From: Cylindrospermopsis raciborskii Cr2010
GTDB taxonomy: Bacteria > Cyanobacteriota > Cyanobacteriia > Cyanobacteriales > Nostocaceae
Length of the DNA stretch: 32,000 bases
Assembly (NCBI RefSeq): GCF_003367075.2
Contig: NZ_CP065936.1
Coordinates: 1,290,001 to 1,322,000, forward strand
Direction: 5' to 3'
Program-made: the position numbers and the translations under genes
The notes under the pieces: generated by a model
What the model was told of the DNA's origin: nothing
The model's database searches: none
What the model saw: the letters and a program-made list of their open reading frames with translations, nothing else
Shown: piece by piece, positions 1-13,042 of the stretch
Layout: each line of letters starts with the position of its first letter
Position numbering within the stretch: the stretch's first letter is position 1

Positions 1-1044
1 ATGGCCCATGGAGAATTGATGATGCTGGGAGCTTATACTACTTTTGTAGTACAGCTTGGTTGTAAACAGTTAGGTGGTATTTGGTTTGATAGTTATATTT
101 TCCTGGCTTTAATTATTGCCTTTTTAGTCACTGCTTTAGTAGGTTTAGTCTTGGAGCGGGGGGTGATATCCCATCTTTATGGTAGACCCTTAGAAACCCT
201 TTTGGCTACTTGGGGAGTAAGTTTAATTTTTCAGCAGTTTGTCCGCAGTGTAAATTCAGTGCTAGTGATTGGTATCCTCTCATTTTGCGTACTATTCTTT
301 GGGGGGGTAAGAATTTTAAATTCGCGTCAGCGGTTCCCCCAATTTGGTTACAGAGTGAAGGGAATGATCTTAGTTTTATCCTTGGGAATTGCCATGAGTT
401 TGGGACAGTTATTTAGTCAACAGTCCTCCATGGTTCAACCTTGGTTTGGGGCTCAAAACGTTGATGTGACCGCCCCTAGTTGGTTACAATCCGGTGTATC
501 TTTGGCCGGTGTGCAGTTACCCTTTGCTCGCTTGTTTATTATCTGTTTAACGGGAATTTGCGTAGCAGCAATTTATTTATTCTTACAGCGTTCCCCCTGG
601 GGTTTAAGAATTAGAGCTGTGACTCAAAATCGTGCTATGAGTTCTTGTTTGGGTATACCTACGCAAAAAGTTGATGCTCTTACCTTTGCCCTGGGATCCG
701 GATTAGCTGGTATAGCTGGTTGTGCTATTAGCTTACTGGGTTCCGTGGGTCCGAATACCGGACAGAATTATATTATAGATACCTTCATGGTAGTGGTTGT
801 GGGGGGGGTTGGTAACTTAGTAGGTACGATTGTAGCTGCTTTGGCTATTGGTACTGCTAACTTTATTGTGGGATCGGGAACTCTAGCTTTTTTATCTTCT
901 GGTGTTCAACCCTTGGTGGATTTTTTCAATTTTTTTGCCACTACTAGTATGGCAAAAGTGATGGTTTTTGCACTGATTATTGGTTTTTTGCAGTGGAAAC
1001 CAGCGGGAATTTTCCCCCAAAAAGGTCGGAATATTGATGTTTAA
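1..1044 (+). CDS. urtB: Urea ABC transporter permease UrtB, 5'-truncated by the window edge
   Basis: 347-aa open frame starting inside the conserved AHGELMMLGAYT motif; LivH-type permease with GGVGNLVGTIVAA and C-terminal WKPAGIFPQKGR; first gene of a urtBCDE-like order. Confidence 0.92.
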   Translation: MAHGELMMLGAYTTFVVQLGCKQLGGIWFDSYIFLALIIAFLVTALVGLVLERGVISHLYGRPLETLLATWGVSLIFQQFVRSVNSVLVIGILSFCVLFFGGVRILNSRQRFPQFGYRVKGMILVLSLGIAMSLGQLFSQQSSMVQPWFGAQNVDVTAPSWLQSGVSLAGVQLPFARLFIICLTGICVAAIYLFLQRSPWGLRIRAVTQNRAMSSCLGIPTQKVDALTFALGSGLAGIAGCAISLLGSVGPNTGQNYIIDTFMVVVVGGVGNLVGTIVAALAIGTANFIVGSGTLAFLSSGVQPLVDFFNFFATTSMAKVMVFALIIGFLQWKPAGIFPQKGRNIDV

Positions 1045-1057
1045 CCAAGGTCAGAAG

Positions 1058-2203
1058 ATGATGAAAGATCAGGCTAAAAAGTCTATTTTGGTGGAAATTG
1101 CTGTAGTAATGGCGATCGCATTATTGCTACTTGTAATTATGCCACTTGTGTTGACAGAATTTCGCCTAAATTTACTAGGGCGATTTTTATCCCTAGCGAT
1201 TGTGGGTTTGGGGTTGGATTTGATTTGGGGTTACACAGGTTTACTCAGTTTAGGCCATGGCATTTTTTTTGGTTTAGGTGGTTATGCCATAGCCATGTAC
1301 TTAAAACTGCAAGTTCCCTCCGGTGAATTACCTGATTTTATGGGATTATATGGGGTAACAGAATTACCTTGGTTTTGGCATCCCTTTTACTCCTTCGGTT
1401 TTGCTGTAATTGCGGTTATTTTGATTCCAGGTTTATTAGCAGGAGTTTTGGGTTATTTAGTCTTTCGTAACCGCATTAAGGGTGTGTATTTTTCCATTCT
1501 TACACAAGCAGCGGTGATCATATTTTTTAACTTTTTCAACGGACAACAGAAGCTATTTAATGGTACTAATGGTTTAACGGCGTTTAAAACCCTGTTAGGT
1601 ATAAATTTGACTGATAGAGGAATGCAACTTGTTTTGTATAGCCTAACAATTATATTTTTAATATTTACCTATGGTCTATGTCGTTGGTTAACCACTGGTA
1701 GATTTGGAAGATTGTTAATGGCAATTCGAGATGATGAAACTCGCGTCAGATTTTGTGGATATGATCCTACAGAGTATAAAGTTTTGGTATTTGCAGTTTC
1801 CGGTGCGATCGCGGGGATAGCAGGAGCATTCTACGCCATTCAAAGTGGTTCTGTGTCACCGAGAGCAATGGATATTGGATTCTCTATTGAAATGGTAATT
1901 TGGGTAGCGGTGGGGGGAAGAGGAACCCTAACTGGTGCGATTTTAGGAACTTTACTAGTTAACTATGCACGAACCTTTTTAAGTGAACAATTTGCGGAAA
2001 TCTGGTTATTTTTTCAAGGTGCGCTGTTTTTGGTGGTAGTTACAGTTCTCCCAGATGGAATGATGGGATGGTTAAAAACTCAAACCCTAGCCTTTGTGAA
2101 TAGGTCAAGCAAAGTTATTACATATCCAAGTTTAGAACAGGATGCAGAAGTAGAACATGAACGCAAAAATCTTGGAAACTCAAAATGTAACCGTGAGTTT
2201 TGA
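1058..2203 (+). CDS. urtC: Urea ABC transporter permease UrtC
   Basis: LivM-type permease (GLGLDLIWGYTGLLSLGHGIFFGLGGYAIAMYL, GRGTLTGAILG). The ORF track begins at 980, inside urtB; ATG at 1058/1061 fits better. Confidence 0.92.
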   Translation: MMKDQAKKSILVEIAVVMAIALLLLVIMPLVLTEFRLNLLGRFLSLAIVGLGLDLIWGYTGLLSLGHGIFFGLGGYAIAMYLKLQVPSGELPDFMGLYGVTELPWFWHPFYSFGFAVIAVILIPGLLAGVLGYLVFRNRIKGVYFSILTQAAVIIFFNFFNGQQKLFNGTNGLTAFKTLLGINLTDRGMQLVLYSLTIIFLIFTYGLCRWLTTGRFGRLLMAIRDDETRVRFCGYDPTEYKVLVFAVSGAIAGIAGAFYAIQSGSVSPRAMDIGFSIEMVIWVAVGGRGTLTGAILGTLLVNYARTFLSEQFAEIWLFFQGALFLVVVTVLPDGMMGWLKTQTLAFVNRSSKVITYPSLEQDAEVEHERKNLGNSKCNREF

Positions 2204-2903
2204 TGGATTTAAGGCCATAAATCGCCTGAATTTCACCATGGAAAAGGGGGAATTGCGAGTGGTGATTGGTCCTAATGGTGCGGGTAAAACCACTTTTCTC
2301 GATGTGATTACTGGTAAGGTTAAACCAACCCAGGGTCGAGTTTTATTTAAGGGTAGAAATCTACGTAATTTGAGTGAACATGAAATTGCTCGCCTAGGAA
2401 TTGGACGCAAGTTCCAAACGCCCAGAATTTACTTAAATCTCACTCCTCGGGAAAATCTAGAACTCACTAGCAATAGACAGAAAAGCGTTTTTTTTACCCT
2501 ATTTGGCAGTCCTCATTTTCGTGAACAACAAACTATTAAAGAGTTATTGGTAACTATCGGGTTAACTTCTAAAGCTGATATTCCTGCTGGATTGCTTTCC
2601 CACGGTGAAAAACAAAGATTGGAAATTGGCATGTTAGTTGCTCAATCCCCTGATTTATTATTGGTGGATGAACCTGTAGCAGGTTTAACAGATGAAGAAA
2701 CCTACAATATTGGGGAATTATTGTTAACACTTTCTCAAGATCACTCTATTTTGGTCATTGAACACGATATGGAATTTGTCAGGCAAATTGCTCGCAAAGT
2801 CACCGTATTACATGAAGGTTCCGTATTATGTGAAGGGGATTTCAAACAAGTGCAAAATGACCCCCGTGTCATTGAAGTATATTTGGGACAGCAACAGGAA
2901 TAG
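2157..2903 (+). CDS. urtD: Urea ABC transporter ATP-binding protein UrtD
   Basis: Walker A GPNGAGKTT, signature LSHGEKQ, Walker B LLLVDEP, and the UrtD-like N-terminus; the start overlaps the urtC end by 47 nt. Confidence 0.92.
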   Translation: MNAKILETQNVTVSFDGFKAINRLNFTMEKGELRVVIGPNGAGKTTFLDVITGKVKPTQGRVLFKGRNLRNLSEHEIARLGIGRKFQTPRIYLNLTPRENLELTSNRQKSVFFTLFGSPHFREQQTIKELLVTIGLTSKADIPAGLLSHGEKQRLEIGMLVAQSPDLLLVDEPVAGLTDEETYNIGELLLTLSQDHSILVIEHDMEFVRQIARKVTVLHEGSVLCEGDFKQVQNDPRVIEVYLGQQQE

Positions 2904-2910
2904 AGAATTT

Positions 2911-3609
2911 ATGTTACAAATCTCCAATCTCAATGTTTATTACGGTGAAAGTTATATTTTGCGCAATGTTGATTTAAAAATTGCGTCAGGAGAAATGGTT
3001 TGCATTATTGGACGTAATGGTGTGGGTAAAACCACCTTACTCAAAACCATTATGGGATTACTAAATCCTAGAGATGGTCAAATCCACTTTGCTGGTAATA
3101 TGATTAACAATCAGTCACCAGATCAACGGGCAAAAATGGGTATTGGTTATGTCCCCCAAGGTAGGGAAATTATCCCCCGACTCACAGTAAAGGAAAATCT
3201 TTTACTGGGTTTGGAAGCTAGGAGAAAAAGACCAAAAAAAATGGAGATCTCTGACGAAATTTTCAGCTTGTTTCCTGTTCTAGCAACCATGCTTCATCGT
3301 CAAGGTGGTGATTTAAGTGGTGGACAACAACAACAATTAGCGATCGCTCGCGCTCTCATGGGGGATCCCCAATTACTGCTCTTAGATGAACCAACGGAGG
3401 GTATTCAACCCTCTATAGTATTGGAAATTGAGTCCGCAGTGCGTCGGATTGTGGAAACTAGGGGAGTTTCTGTTCTGTTGGTGGAACAGCACTTACATTT
3501 TGTTCGTCAAGCTGATTACTATTATGCTATGCAAAAAGGTGGAATTGTAGCTTCTGGACCTACCAATGAATTGAGCCAGGATGTAATTCAAAGCTTTTTG
3601 GCAGTTTAA
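2911..3609 (+). CDS. urtE: Urea ABC transporter ATP-binding protein UrtE
   Basis: MLQISNLNVYYGESYILRNVDL, Walker A GRNGVGKTT, LSGGQQQQLAIARAL, LLLDEPTEGIQPSIV. In-frame ATG at 2911 is the likely start; the 2758 start lies inside urtD. Confidence 0.92.
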   Translation: MLQISNLNVYYGESYILRNVDLKIASGEMVCIIGRNGVGKTTLLKTIMGLLNPRDGQIHFAGNMINNQSPDQRAKMGIGYVPQGREIIPRLTVKENLLLGLEARRKRPKKMEISDEIFSLFPVLATMLHRQGGDLSGGQQQQLAIARALMGDPQLLLLDEPTEGIQPSIVLEIESAVRRIVETRGVSVLLVEQHLHFVRQADYYYAMQKGGIVASGPTNELSQDVIQSFLAV

Positions 3610-3630
3610 CAAACTACTGATCAATGCTGA

Positions 3631-7062
<3,432 letters not shown>

Positions 7063-7127
7063 AATTTCCAGATGTCATCAAGTTACCATAATTGCTATAA
7101 TGATGGTAGTCTTTCAACCACTCAATT

Positions 7128-8000
7128 ATGGGATTTACAATCACCGAAACACAAAAACAGTACAAGACCTATTCCCTCTCGGACAGTGATGCTGATTCCC
7201 ATCTGGAGGTAGTCCCAGAAAGAGGTGGTATTGTGACCCAATGGTCATTAAAGGATCGCGAAATTTTCTACTTGGACAAAGAAAGATTTACCCATCCTGA
7301 CCTCAGTGTGCGAGGTGGGTTACCAATTTTATTTCCCCTTTGTGGTAATCTACCCGATAACACTTACAGCCACAACGGGAAACAATATACACTCAAGCAA
7401 CATGGTTTCGCCCGGGAATTACCCTGGGAAGTAACCAGTAATGCTACAGAAAATGGAGCAAGTCTTAGTTTAGTCCTAAACAGTAGCGATGCAACCCGTA
7501 CCGTCTACCCCTTTGACTTTCGAGTAACTTTTACTTATACGCTAAGAGCCAATTCTTTGACGGTTGATCAAGTTTATCACAATCTCTCAGATGAGACAAT
7601 GCCTTTTTCAACTGGATTTCATCCCTACTTTCAGTGTGGAAATAAATCTCTGCTAGAGTTTGACATTCCCTCTGGACAATATCTGGATCAAAAAACCAAG
7701 CAAATTTACTCCTTTGCGGGCAAATTTGACCTTGAACAGGAGGAACTGGATTTTGCCTTTGGGGATTTGCGCAGTCAATCAGCCAAGGTCAAAGATCACG
7801 ACCGTAAATTAGAATTAAGCCTCGAATATGATCCAACCTATGTGGTGCTGGTCTTCTGGACCGTGCAGGGTAAAGACTTTTATTGTCTAGAACCCTGGAC
7901 TGCTGGACGTAACTCCCTCAACACCGGGGAAAATCTTACCCTTTTGGCTCCCCACACTAGCAAAACCACTTCTATAAAATTGACCGCAAATTTTCTCTAA
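7128..8000 (+). CDS. Aldose 1-epimerase family protein (GalM-like)
   Basis: 290 aa; VVPERGGIVTQWSLKDREIFYLD, GGLPILFPLCGNLPDN, KQHGFARELPWEV, STGFHPYFQ. Confidence 0.88.
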   Translation: MGFTITETQKQYKTYSLSDSDADSHLEVVPERGGIVTQWSLKDREIFYLDKERFTHPDLSVRGGLPILFPLCGNLPDNTYSHNGKQYTLKQHGFARELPWEVTSNATENGASLSLVLNSSDATRTVYPFDFRVTFTYTLRANSLTVDQVYHNLSDETMPFSTGFHPYFQCGNKSLLEFDIPSGQYLDQKTKQIYSFAGKFDLEQEELDFAFGDLRSQSAKVKDHDRKLELSLEYDPTYVVLVFWTVQGKDFYCLEPWTAGRNSLNTGENLTLLAPHTSKTTSIKLTANFL

Positions 8001-8007
8001 CAAGTCC

Positions 8008-8036
8008 TTGACAGAGTGACGAGAGGTTGGTATATT
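8008..8036 (+). promoter_or_regulatory. Putative sigma70-type promoter for tRNA-Lys
   Basis: Perfect TTGACA (8008-8013), 17-nt spacer, TATATT (8031-8036), about 22 nt upstream of the mature tRNA 5' end. Confidence 0.7.
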
Positions 8037-8058
8037 GAAAAAGTTGCAAAAAACGAAA

Positions 8059-8130
8059 GGGTCACTAACTCAACGGTAGAGTACTCGGCTTTTAACCGAT
8101 TAGTTCCGGGTTCGAATCCCGGGTGACCCA
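8059..8130 (+). tRNA. tRNA-Lys (anticodon TTT), 3' CCA not encoded
   Basis: Acceptor GGGTCAC/GTGACCC, D stem ACTC/GAGT, anticodon loop CTTTTAA, T arm CCGGG-TTCGAAT-CCCGG, discriminator A. Confidence 0.95.
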
Positions 8131-8174
8131 TACAGTTGTACAATTTGGTTGTCCCAGTTATTTACCATACAAAA

Positions 8175-8735
8175 ATGTGGCAAAAAATTAAAAAAATAAA
8201 ATTCATCCTGGTTCTTACTTTGGCTATTACTTTCATCACTATTTACCCTGATATGGCCATAGCTGCTGGATTTAGGAGTTTTGTGGACACGGAGGATGGT
8301 TATCAATTTTCCTATCCTAATGGTTGGTTACAAGTGAAAGTGGCTAACGGTCCTGATGTGGTGTTTCATGATTTAATAGAAGTCTCTGAAAATGTATCCG
8401 TGGTCATTAGTCCCGTTCCTCAAGGTAAGAGTTTAACAGAACTGGGAACCCCAACAGAAGTAGGATATAAACTGGGTAAATCTGCTCTTGCTCCCGAAGG
8501 TTCTGGACGTTCAGCAGAATTAGTTAATGTGGCACAAAAGGAAATTAATGGTAATAATTACTACTTCCTAGAGTATGCTGTTAAACTGGGCAATGGTCAA
8601 TCAAGACACAATGTAGCCAGTGTGGCGGTTAGCCGTGGTAAATTGTTTACATTTAATGCTTCCGTACCAGAAAGACGTTGGCGAAAATTACAACGAACCA
8701 TTGATGAGGTTGTCAGTTCTTTTCAGGTGTATTAG
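8175..8735 (+). CDS. psbP: Photosystem II PsbP family protein (CyanoP-like)
   Basis: N-terminal signal peptide, then GFRSFVDTEDGYQFSYPNGWLQVKV..GPDVVFHDLIEVSENVSVVISPV..SLTELGTPTEVGYKL; start taken at ATG 8175. Confidence 0.88.
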   Translation: MWQKIKKIKFILVLTLAITFITIYPDMAIAAGFRSFVDTEDGYQFSYPNGWLQVKVANGPDVVFHDLIEVSENVSVVISPVPQGKSLTELGTPTEVGYKLGKSALAPEGSGRSAELVNVAQKEINGNNYYFLEYAVKLGNGQSRHNVASVAVSRGKLFTFNASVPERRWRKLQRTIDEVVSSFQVY

Positions 8736-8841
8736 TGGATTAGCAAATGTCCCGGGTCAGGAGTGTGATCCGCCTAAGAACACAACTCCTGAAATTAACT
8801 GGTGAAGTATTGAAATTATAAATTAAATCATGAACTGAATC

Positions 8842-9435
8842 ATGAACATTCCCGAATTTGTGCTTGCGTCTGCTTCTCCTGCTCGTCATCGCTTACTACA
8901 AACCGTGGGGATTGAACCAATCATTTATCCCAGTGATTTTGATGAGTCACAAGTACAACTGAGTAACCCGCAGGAATTAGTCAATAAACTGGCTCAATGT
9001 AAAGCTGAAACTGTTTCCCCGCGTTTTCCTGCTGCTTTGATCATGGGGTGCGATTCCGTATTAGCTATGGATAATCAGATTTACGGTAAACCAGAAAATG
9101 TGGAGGTAGCGATATCTCGTTGGCGCTTAATGCAGGGGAATTGGGGTGATTTGTATACGGGTCACGTGTTAATGGATAACCTACAGAAAAAGACCATTAT
9201 TAAGTGTCAAATAACTAGAGTTTATTTTGCCAAAATGACTGACCATGCTATTATCAACTATGTGAGAACCGGTGAGCCACTAAAATGTGCTGGTGGTTTT
9301 GCTTTAGAAGGTTTTGGCAGTTTATTTGTAGAAAAAATTATGGGTTGCCATAGTAATGTAATTGGACTAAGTTTACCCTTACTAAGGCAAATGTTAGGGG
9401 AACTGGGTTATGAGGTAACAGATTTTTGGCAATAG
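8842..9435 (+). CDS. maf: Maf family nucleotide pyrophosphatase
   Basis: [74 protein letters not shown]. Confidence 0.93.
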   Translation: MNIPEFVLASASPARHRLLQTVGIEPIIYPSDFDESQVQLSNPQELVNKLAQCKAETVSPRFPAALIMGCDSVLAMDNQIYGKPENVEVAISRWRLMQGNWGDLYTGHVLMDNLQKKTIIKCQITRVYFAKMTDHAIINYVRTGEPLKCAGGFALEGFGSLFVEKIMGCHSNVIGLSLPLLRQMLGELGYEVTDFWQ

Positions 9436-9475
9436 GATATACTAATAAAAAAATAAAAACAAGATACAGAACAAT

Positions 9476-10204
9476 ATGTCCTCTCAACCTTCTCTACGGG
9501 AAAAACAACATCCTTTAATTCAGCAACTAGCTAATACAATCGAAGAAGTTTGGCATGAACACCTCCAGTTATCACCCTATGAGTTACCTGAGGATTTGGG
9601 GTATGTGGAAGGTAGATTAGAAGGGGAAAAACTGGTAATTGAAAATCGCTGTTACCAGACTGTTCACTTCCGCAAAATGCACTTAGAACTAGCGAGAGTT
9701 GGCAATATGTTAGATATCTTACACTGTGTGATGTTCCCTCGCAAGGAGTATGATATACCCATGTTTGGTTGTGATTTAGTGGGAGGTAGGGGTCAAATTA
9801 GTGCAGCTATAGCAGATCTTTCTCCTGTAAATTTGGAGAGAACCCTACCGGAAAATTATCATCATCAATTAGGCAATTTAACCCCAGTTAATTTTTCCCA
9901 ACCCCGGGATTTACCTGAATGGGGGAATATATTTTCAGATTTCTGTCTGTTTATTCGTCCTAGCTCTTTAGAGGAAGAATTGTTGTTTTTAAATAGAGTG
10001 AGAGAGTTTTTAAAAATCCATTGCAGTCAAGCAATTATCTCCGTTCCCGTCCCAGCAGAAAAGATTCCCTCAATTATTGCGGGACAACATAACTATTGTA
10101 CAAAACAACAACAAAATGATAAGACTCGACGGGTCTTAGAAAAAGCTTTTGGTGAACAGTGGGCGGAAAACTACATGACTACTGTATTATTCGATTTGCC
10201 TTAA
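9476..10204 (+). CDS. pcyA: Phycocyanobilin:ferredoxin oxidoreductase
   Basis: 242 aa; [60 protein letters not shown]; C-terminal [16 protein letters not shown]. Confidence 0.96.
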   Translation: MSSQPSLREKQHPLIQQLANTIEEVWHEHLQLSPYELPEDLGYVEGRLEGEKLVIENRCYQTVHFRKMHLELARVGNMLDILHCVMFPRKEYDIPMFGCDLVGGRGQISAAIADLSPVNLERTLPENYHHQLGNLTPVNFSQPRDLPEWGNIFSDFCLFIRPSSLEEELLFLNRVREFLKIHCSQAIISVPVPAEKIPSIIAGQHNYCTKQQQNDKTRRVLEKAFGEQWAENYMTTVLFDLP

Positions 10205-11254
10205 AGATCCCAGTCTTTGATTTACTAACTCTATAGCTAATTCTATAGCTGCTTGCATACTGGTTCCATCAGCAATACCTTTACCAACAATATCAAAAGC
10301 GGTTCCGTGATCTGGTGAAGTTCTGACAAATGGTAACCCGATAGTGGTATTAACAGCTCGGTCAAAAGCCATTAATTTAACTGGAATTAAACCCTGATCA
10401 TGATAAAGAGCTAAGTAGCCATCAGCAGGATTTGTAACTAAAGAATGACCGTACCAGGCCTGACCGGGTTTTACCCACATTGTATCCGGTGGTATTGGTC
10501 CTTCCAATTGTAAATGTGGTCGTTTTTCCCTTTCTCTTTGTAACCAGGGAATCAACCAGTCTATTTCTTCTGTCCCTAACTGTCCCATTTCTCCACTGTG
10601 GGGATTTAAACCCGCAACCACTATTTTACCTGTTTTAATCCCAAAGTCTGTTGCTAAACACTCCTCGAGTAAATCTAACTTTCCCGTTAATAACTCTGGT
10701 GTTAGGGTTTGACATACTTGGTTTATGGGAATGTGGGTGGTAGCTAATAATGTTCTTAAAGTCCAACCAGTAAAGGGCGATCGCCCGACAAATAGCATAC
10801 CAAAACGGTCTATACCTGATCTTTGAGCCAGAAGTTCGGTTTGTCCGGGATAATGGTGCCCAGCTGCTTTCCAAGCGGATTTAGCAATAGGAGCGGTAAC
10901 AATCCCATCAAATTCACCTGCTAAAGTTTGAGCGATCGCCCGTTCCATATAAGCAAAACTAGCTGCACCACTAGCTTGATTACCCACTCCAGGGATAATG
11001 TCTGTGAGACTGGGTAGATCCAGGTTAATAATATCCAATTGACGGGGATTGGGTAAAAGTGGGTCAGTCTTTTCTGTCAGAGAGGTTAAATTTTCATAGG
11101 TCCTGGTCAGTAAATCACGATTGCCAACCACTACTAAATGGCAGTTTTTATGGAGTTGGGGATTGGCCAGAGCTTTTAAAATCACCTCGGAACCGATACC
11201 AGCTGGATCGCCCTGAGTGATTGCTAAACGGGGAATGGAATGGGTTTTAGTCAT
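10187..11254 (-). CDS. pdxA: 4-hydroxythreonine-4-phosphate dehydrogenase
   Basis: [98 protein letters not shown]. Confidence 0.96.
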   Translation of the reverse strand: MTKTHSIPRLAITQGDPAGIGSEVILKALANPQLHKNCHLVVVGNRDLLTRTYENLTSLTEKTDPLLPNPRQLDIINLDLPSLTDIIPGVGNQASGAASFAYMERAIAQTLAGEFDGIVTAPIAKSAWKAAGHHYPGQTELLAQRSGIDRFGMLFVGRSPFTGWTLRTLLATTHIPINQVCQTLTPELLTGKLDLLEECLATDFGIKTGKIVVAGLNPHSGEMGQLGTEEIDWLIPWLQREREKRPHLQLEGPIPPDTMWVKPGQAWYGHSLVTNPADGYLALYHDQGLIPVKLMAFDRAVNTTIGLPFVRTSPDHGTAFDIVGKGIADGTSMQAAIELAIELVNQRLGSLRQIE

Positions 11255-11486
11255 TGTTCAAACCAGTTATGAAACCAGTTATTGTTGATATGGTAATTGT
11301 AAGCCAGATTACGTTTTTAAATAAATAAAAAATGTAGACTTTATTTAAATAATTTATTTAACCTTTATTTGATGGAGCGTAAAACCATAAGGAGTGAAAA
11401 ATGGCATGAAAAAAATTTAAGTTATTGGAGGAACAGTTTTTAAATACATTTGAAAAAATATGGCACAGTTAAAGGCAAATTTCGGA

Positions 11487-11503
11487 AGATTTGTCACAAA
11501 TCT
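11487..11503 (+). promoter_or_regulatory. Perfect inverted repeat AGATTTGT-C-ACAAATCT upstream of the devBCA-type operon (candidate operator)
   Basis: 8-bp arms, 1-nt centre, ending 66 nt before the devB-like ATG at 11569. Confidence 0.45.
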
Positions 11504-11568
11504 ACATTTGAGAATTTAGGCCACTCTTATTTGCACAAATCATAACTTAAACAAAAAGGCAAGATAGC

Positions 11569-13005
11569 ATGTCAAGAGTGAGCGAAAAGCCAAAGTTAAC
11601 AGAACAAATTCTGGAATCACCAATTTGGTTAAAAATTGCTCTGGCAATGCCAGTAGCTATTGCAGCTGGATTTTTAGCAACAGCAAGAATCGAACAATTA
11701 AAAAAACTAGCATCTCCCACATCTATCTCTCAAACGCCCAATACAATTACTGCTGTAGGTAGACTAGAACCACGGGGAGAAGTAATCAAAATAGCTGCAC
11801 CTAACTCAGGACTTTCTGCAGGTTCTCGAGTTCAGGAACTGTTGGTAAAAGAGGGAGAAAAAGTACAAAAAGGACAGATAATTGCAATTTTAGATAGTCG
11901 AGATTCTAACATGGCCGCTGTGGAAGAAGCAAGAGCCAAATTACAGGAGTCTCGCGCTAATTTAGCGCAGGTCAAATCCTCCTCACCAAGAGATATTCAA
12001 ACCCAGAACGCGGTGATTTATAGGTTGCAAGCACAATTACAGGGAGAAGAAAAAACCCAACAAGCTACCATTGCTAGAATTGCTGCTGAATTGAGTGGGC
12101 AAAAACTTGTCCAATCTGCAACGGTTAAAAGATTAGAAGCAGAATTGATTGGACAAAGGGATATACTGAGAGCTTCTGTTGAGCGTGTGCGTGCAGAACA
12201 GCGTAATGCTCAAGTTGATGCCGGACGCTATGATTTTTTATATAAACAAGGTGCTATTTCTCAACAAGAAAGGGATAGAAGAAGTGTCAATGCTATAACT
12301 ACTACCCAGCAGTTACGGGAGAGTCAAGCTAGTTTAAAACAGGGAATAGCAACATTACAGCAGCAAATATCTGAAGCTAGAGCTAACCAAATGAGAACTA
12401 TTGCTACTTTACAACAGCAATTATTGGAGGCTATTGCTACCCGTAATCAAACCTTGTCCACATTACAAAGACAAATTGACGAAGAAAGGTCTAGATTAAA
12501 CAAACTACTAGATGTTAGTCCTATGGATTTACAAATCGCACGGGCTCAAGTTAGTAGTGCCATTGCCTTAATTAAAAAAGCACAATCAGATTTACAACTG
12601 AGTTATGTAAAAGCACCAACTAGGGGAGAAATTCTCAAGATCCATACCAAATCAGGAGAGGTAATGAATCTTAATGGGATTGCGGAAATTGGACAAACTG
12701 ATCAAATGTTTGTGGTGGCTGAAATTCCGGAGGATAGTATCGGTAGGGTTAGTATGGGACAGCTGGTTACTGTCACTAGTGATAATGGTGCATTTAGTGG
12801 GCAAATTCCAGGAAATATCACGGAAATTGGCAGAAAAATCGGTAAAAAGGATGTGTTAAATACAGATCCAGCAGCGGATATTGATGCTAGGGTGGTGGAA
12901 GTGAAAATTTCTCTTTCTCCTCAAGATAGTCAACGAGTTTCTGGGTTAACTAATGCCAAGGTAATGGTGGAAATTAATACGGATCAATCCAGTCGAAAAA
13001 AATAG
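11569..13005 (+). CDS. devB: DevB family ABC exporter membrane-fusion protein (HlyD-like)
   Basis: AVGRLEPRGEVIKIAAPNSGLSAGSRVQELLVKEGEKVQKGQIIAILDSRDS; long coiled-coil region; C-terminal barrel; directly followed by DevC/DevA-like genes. May be a paralogue rather than the heterocyst devB. Confidence 0.85.
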   Translation: MSRVSEKPKLTEQILESPIWLKIALAMPVAIAAGFLATARIEQLKKLASPTSISQTPNTITAVGRLEPRGEVIKIAAPNSGLSAGSRVQELLVKEGEKVQKGQIIAILDSRDSNMAAVEEARAKLQESRANLAQVKSSSPRDIQTQNAVIYRLQAQLQGEEKTQQATIARIAAELSGQKLVQSATVKRLEAELIGQRDILRASVERVRAEQRNAQVDAGRYDFLYKQGAISQQERDRRSVNAITTTQQLRESQASLKQGIATLQQQISEARANQMRTIATLQQQLLEAIATRNQTLSTLQRQIDEERSRLNKLLDVSPMDLQIARAQVSSAIALIKKAQSDLQLSYVKAPTRGEILKIHTKSGEVMNLNGIAEIGQTDQMFVVAEIPEDSIGRVSMGQLVTVTSDNGAFSGQIPGNITEIGRKIGKKDVLNTDPAADIDARVVEVKISLSPQDSQRVSGLTNAKVMVEINTDQSSRKK

Positions 13006-13042
13006 AGTAGTCATTCTACCAATCACTTCATCATTTTTCACA

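Noticed and set aside
980-1057. ORF-track start of urtC at 980
   Set aside because: It overlaps the urtB 3' end; MVFCSGNQREFSPKK looks like an out-of-frame translation of urtB, and ATG 1058/1061 precedes the conserved UrtC sequence.
2758-2910. 51-aa N-terminal extension of urtE
   Set aside because: It is encoded within urtD; in-frame ATG 2911 starts exactly at the canonical MLQISNLNVYYG.
8100-8306. Minus-strand ORF ending in tRNA-Lys (..YGSPGIRTRN)
   Set aside because: SPGIRTRN is the common false translation of a tRNA T arm; the ORF overlaps tRNA-Lys and psbP.
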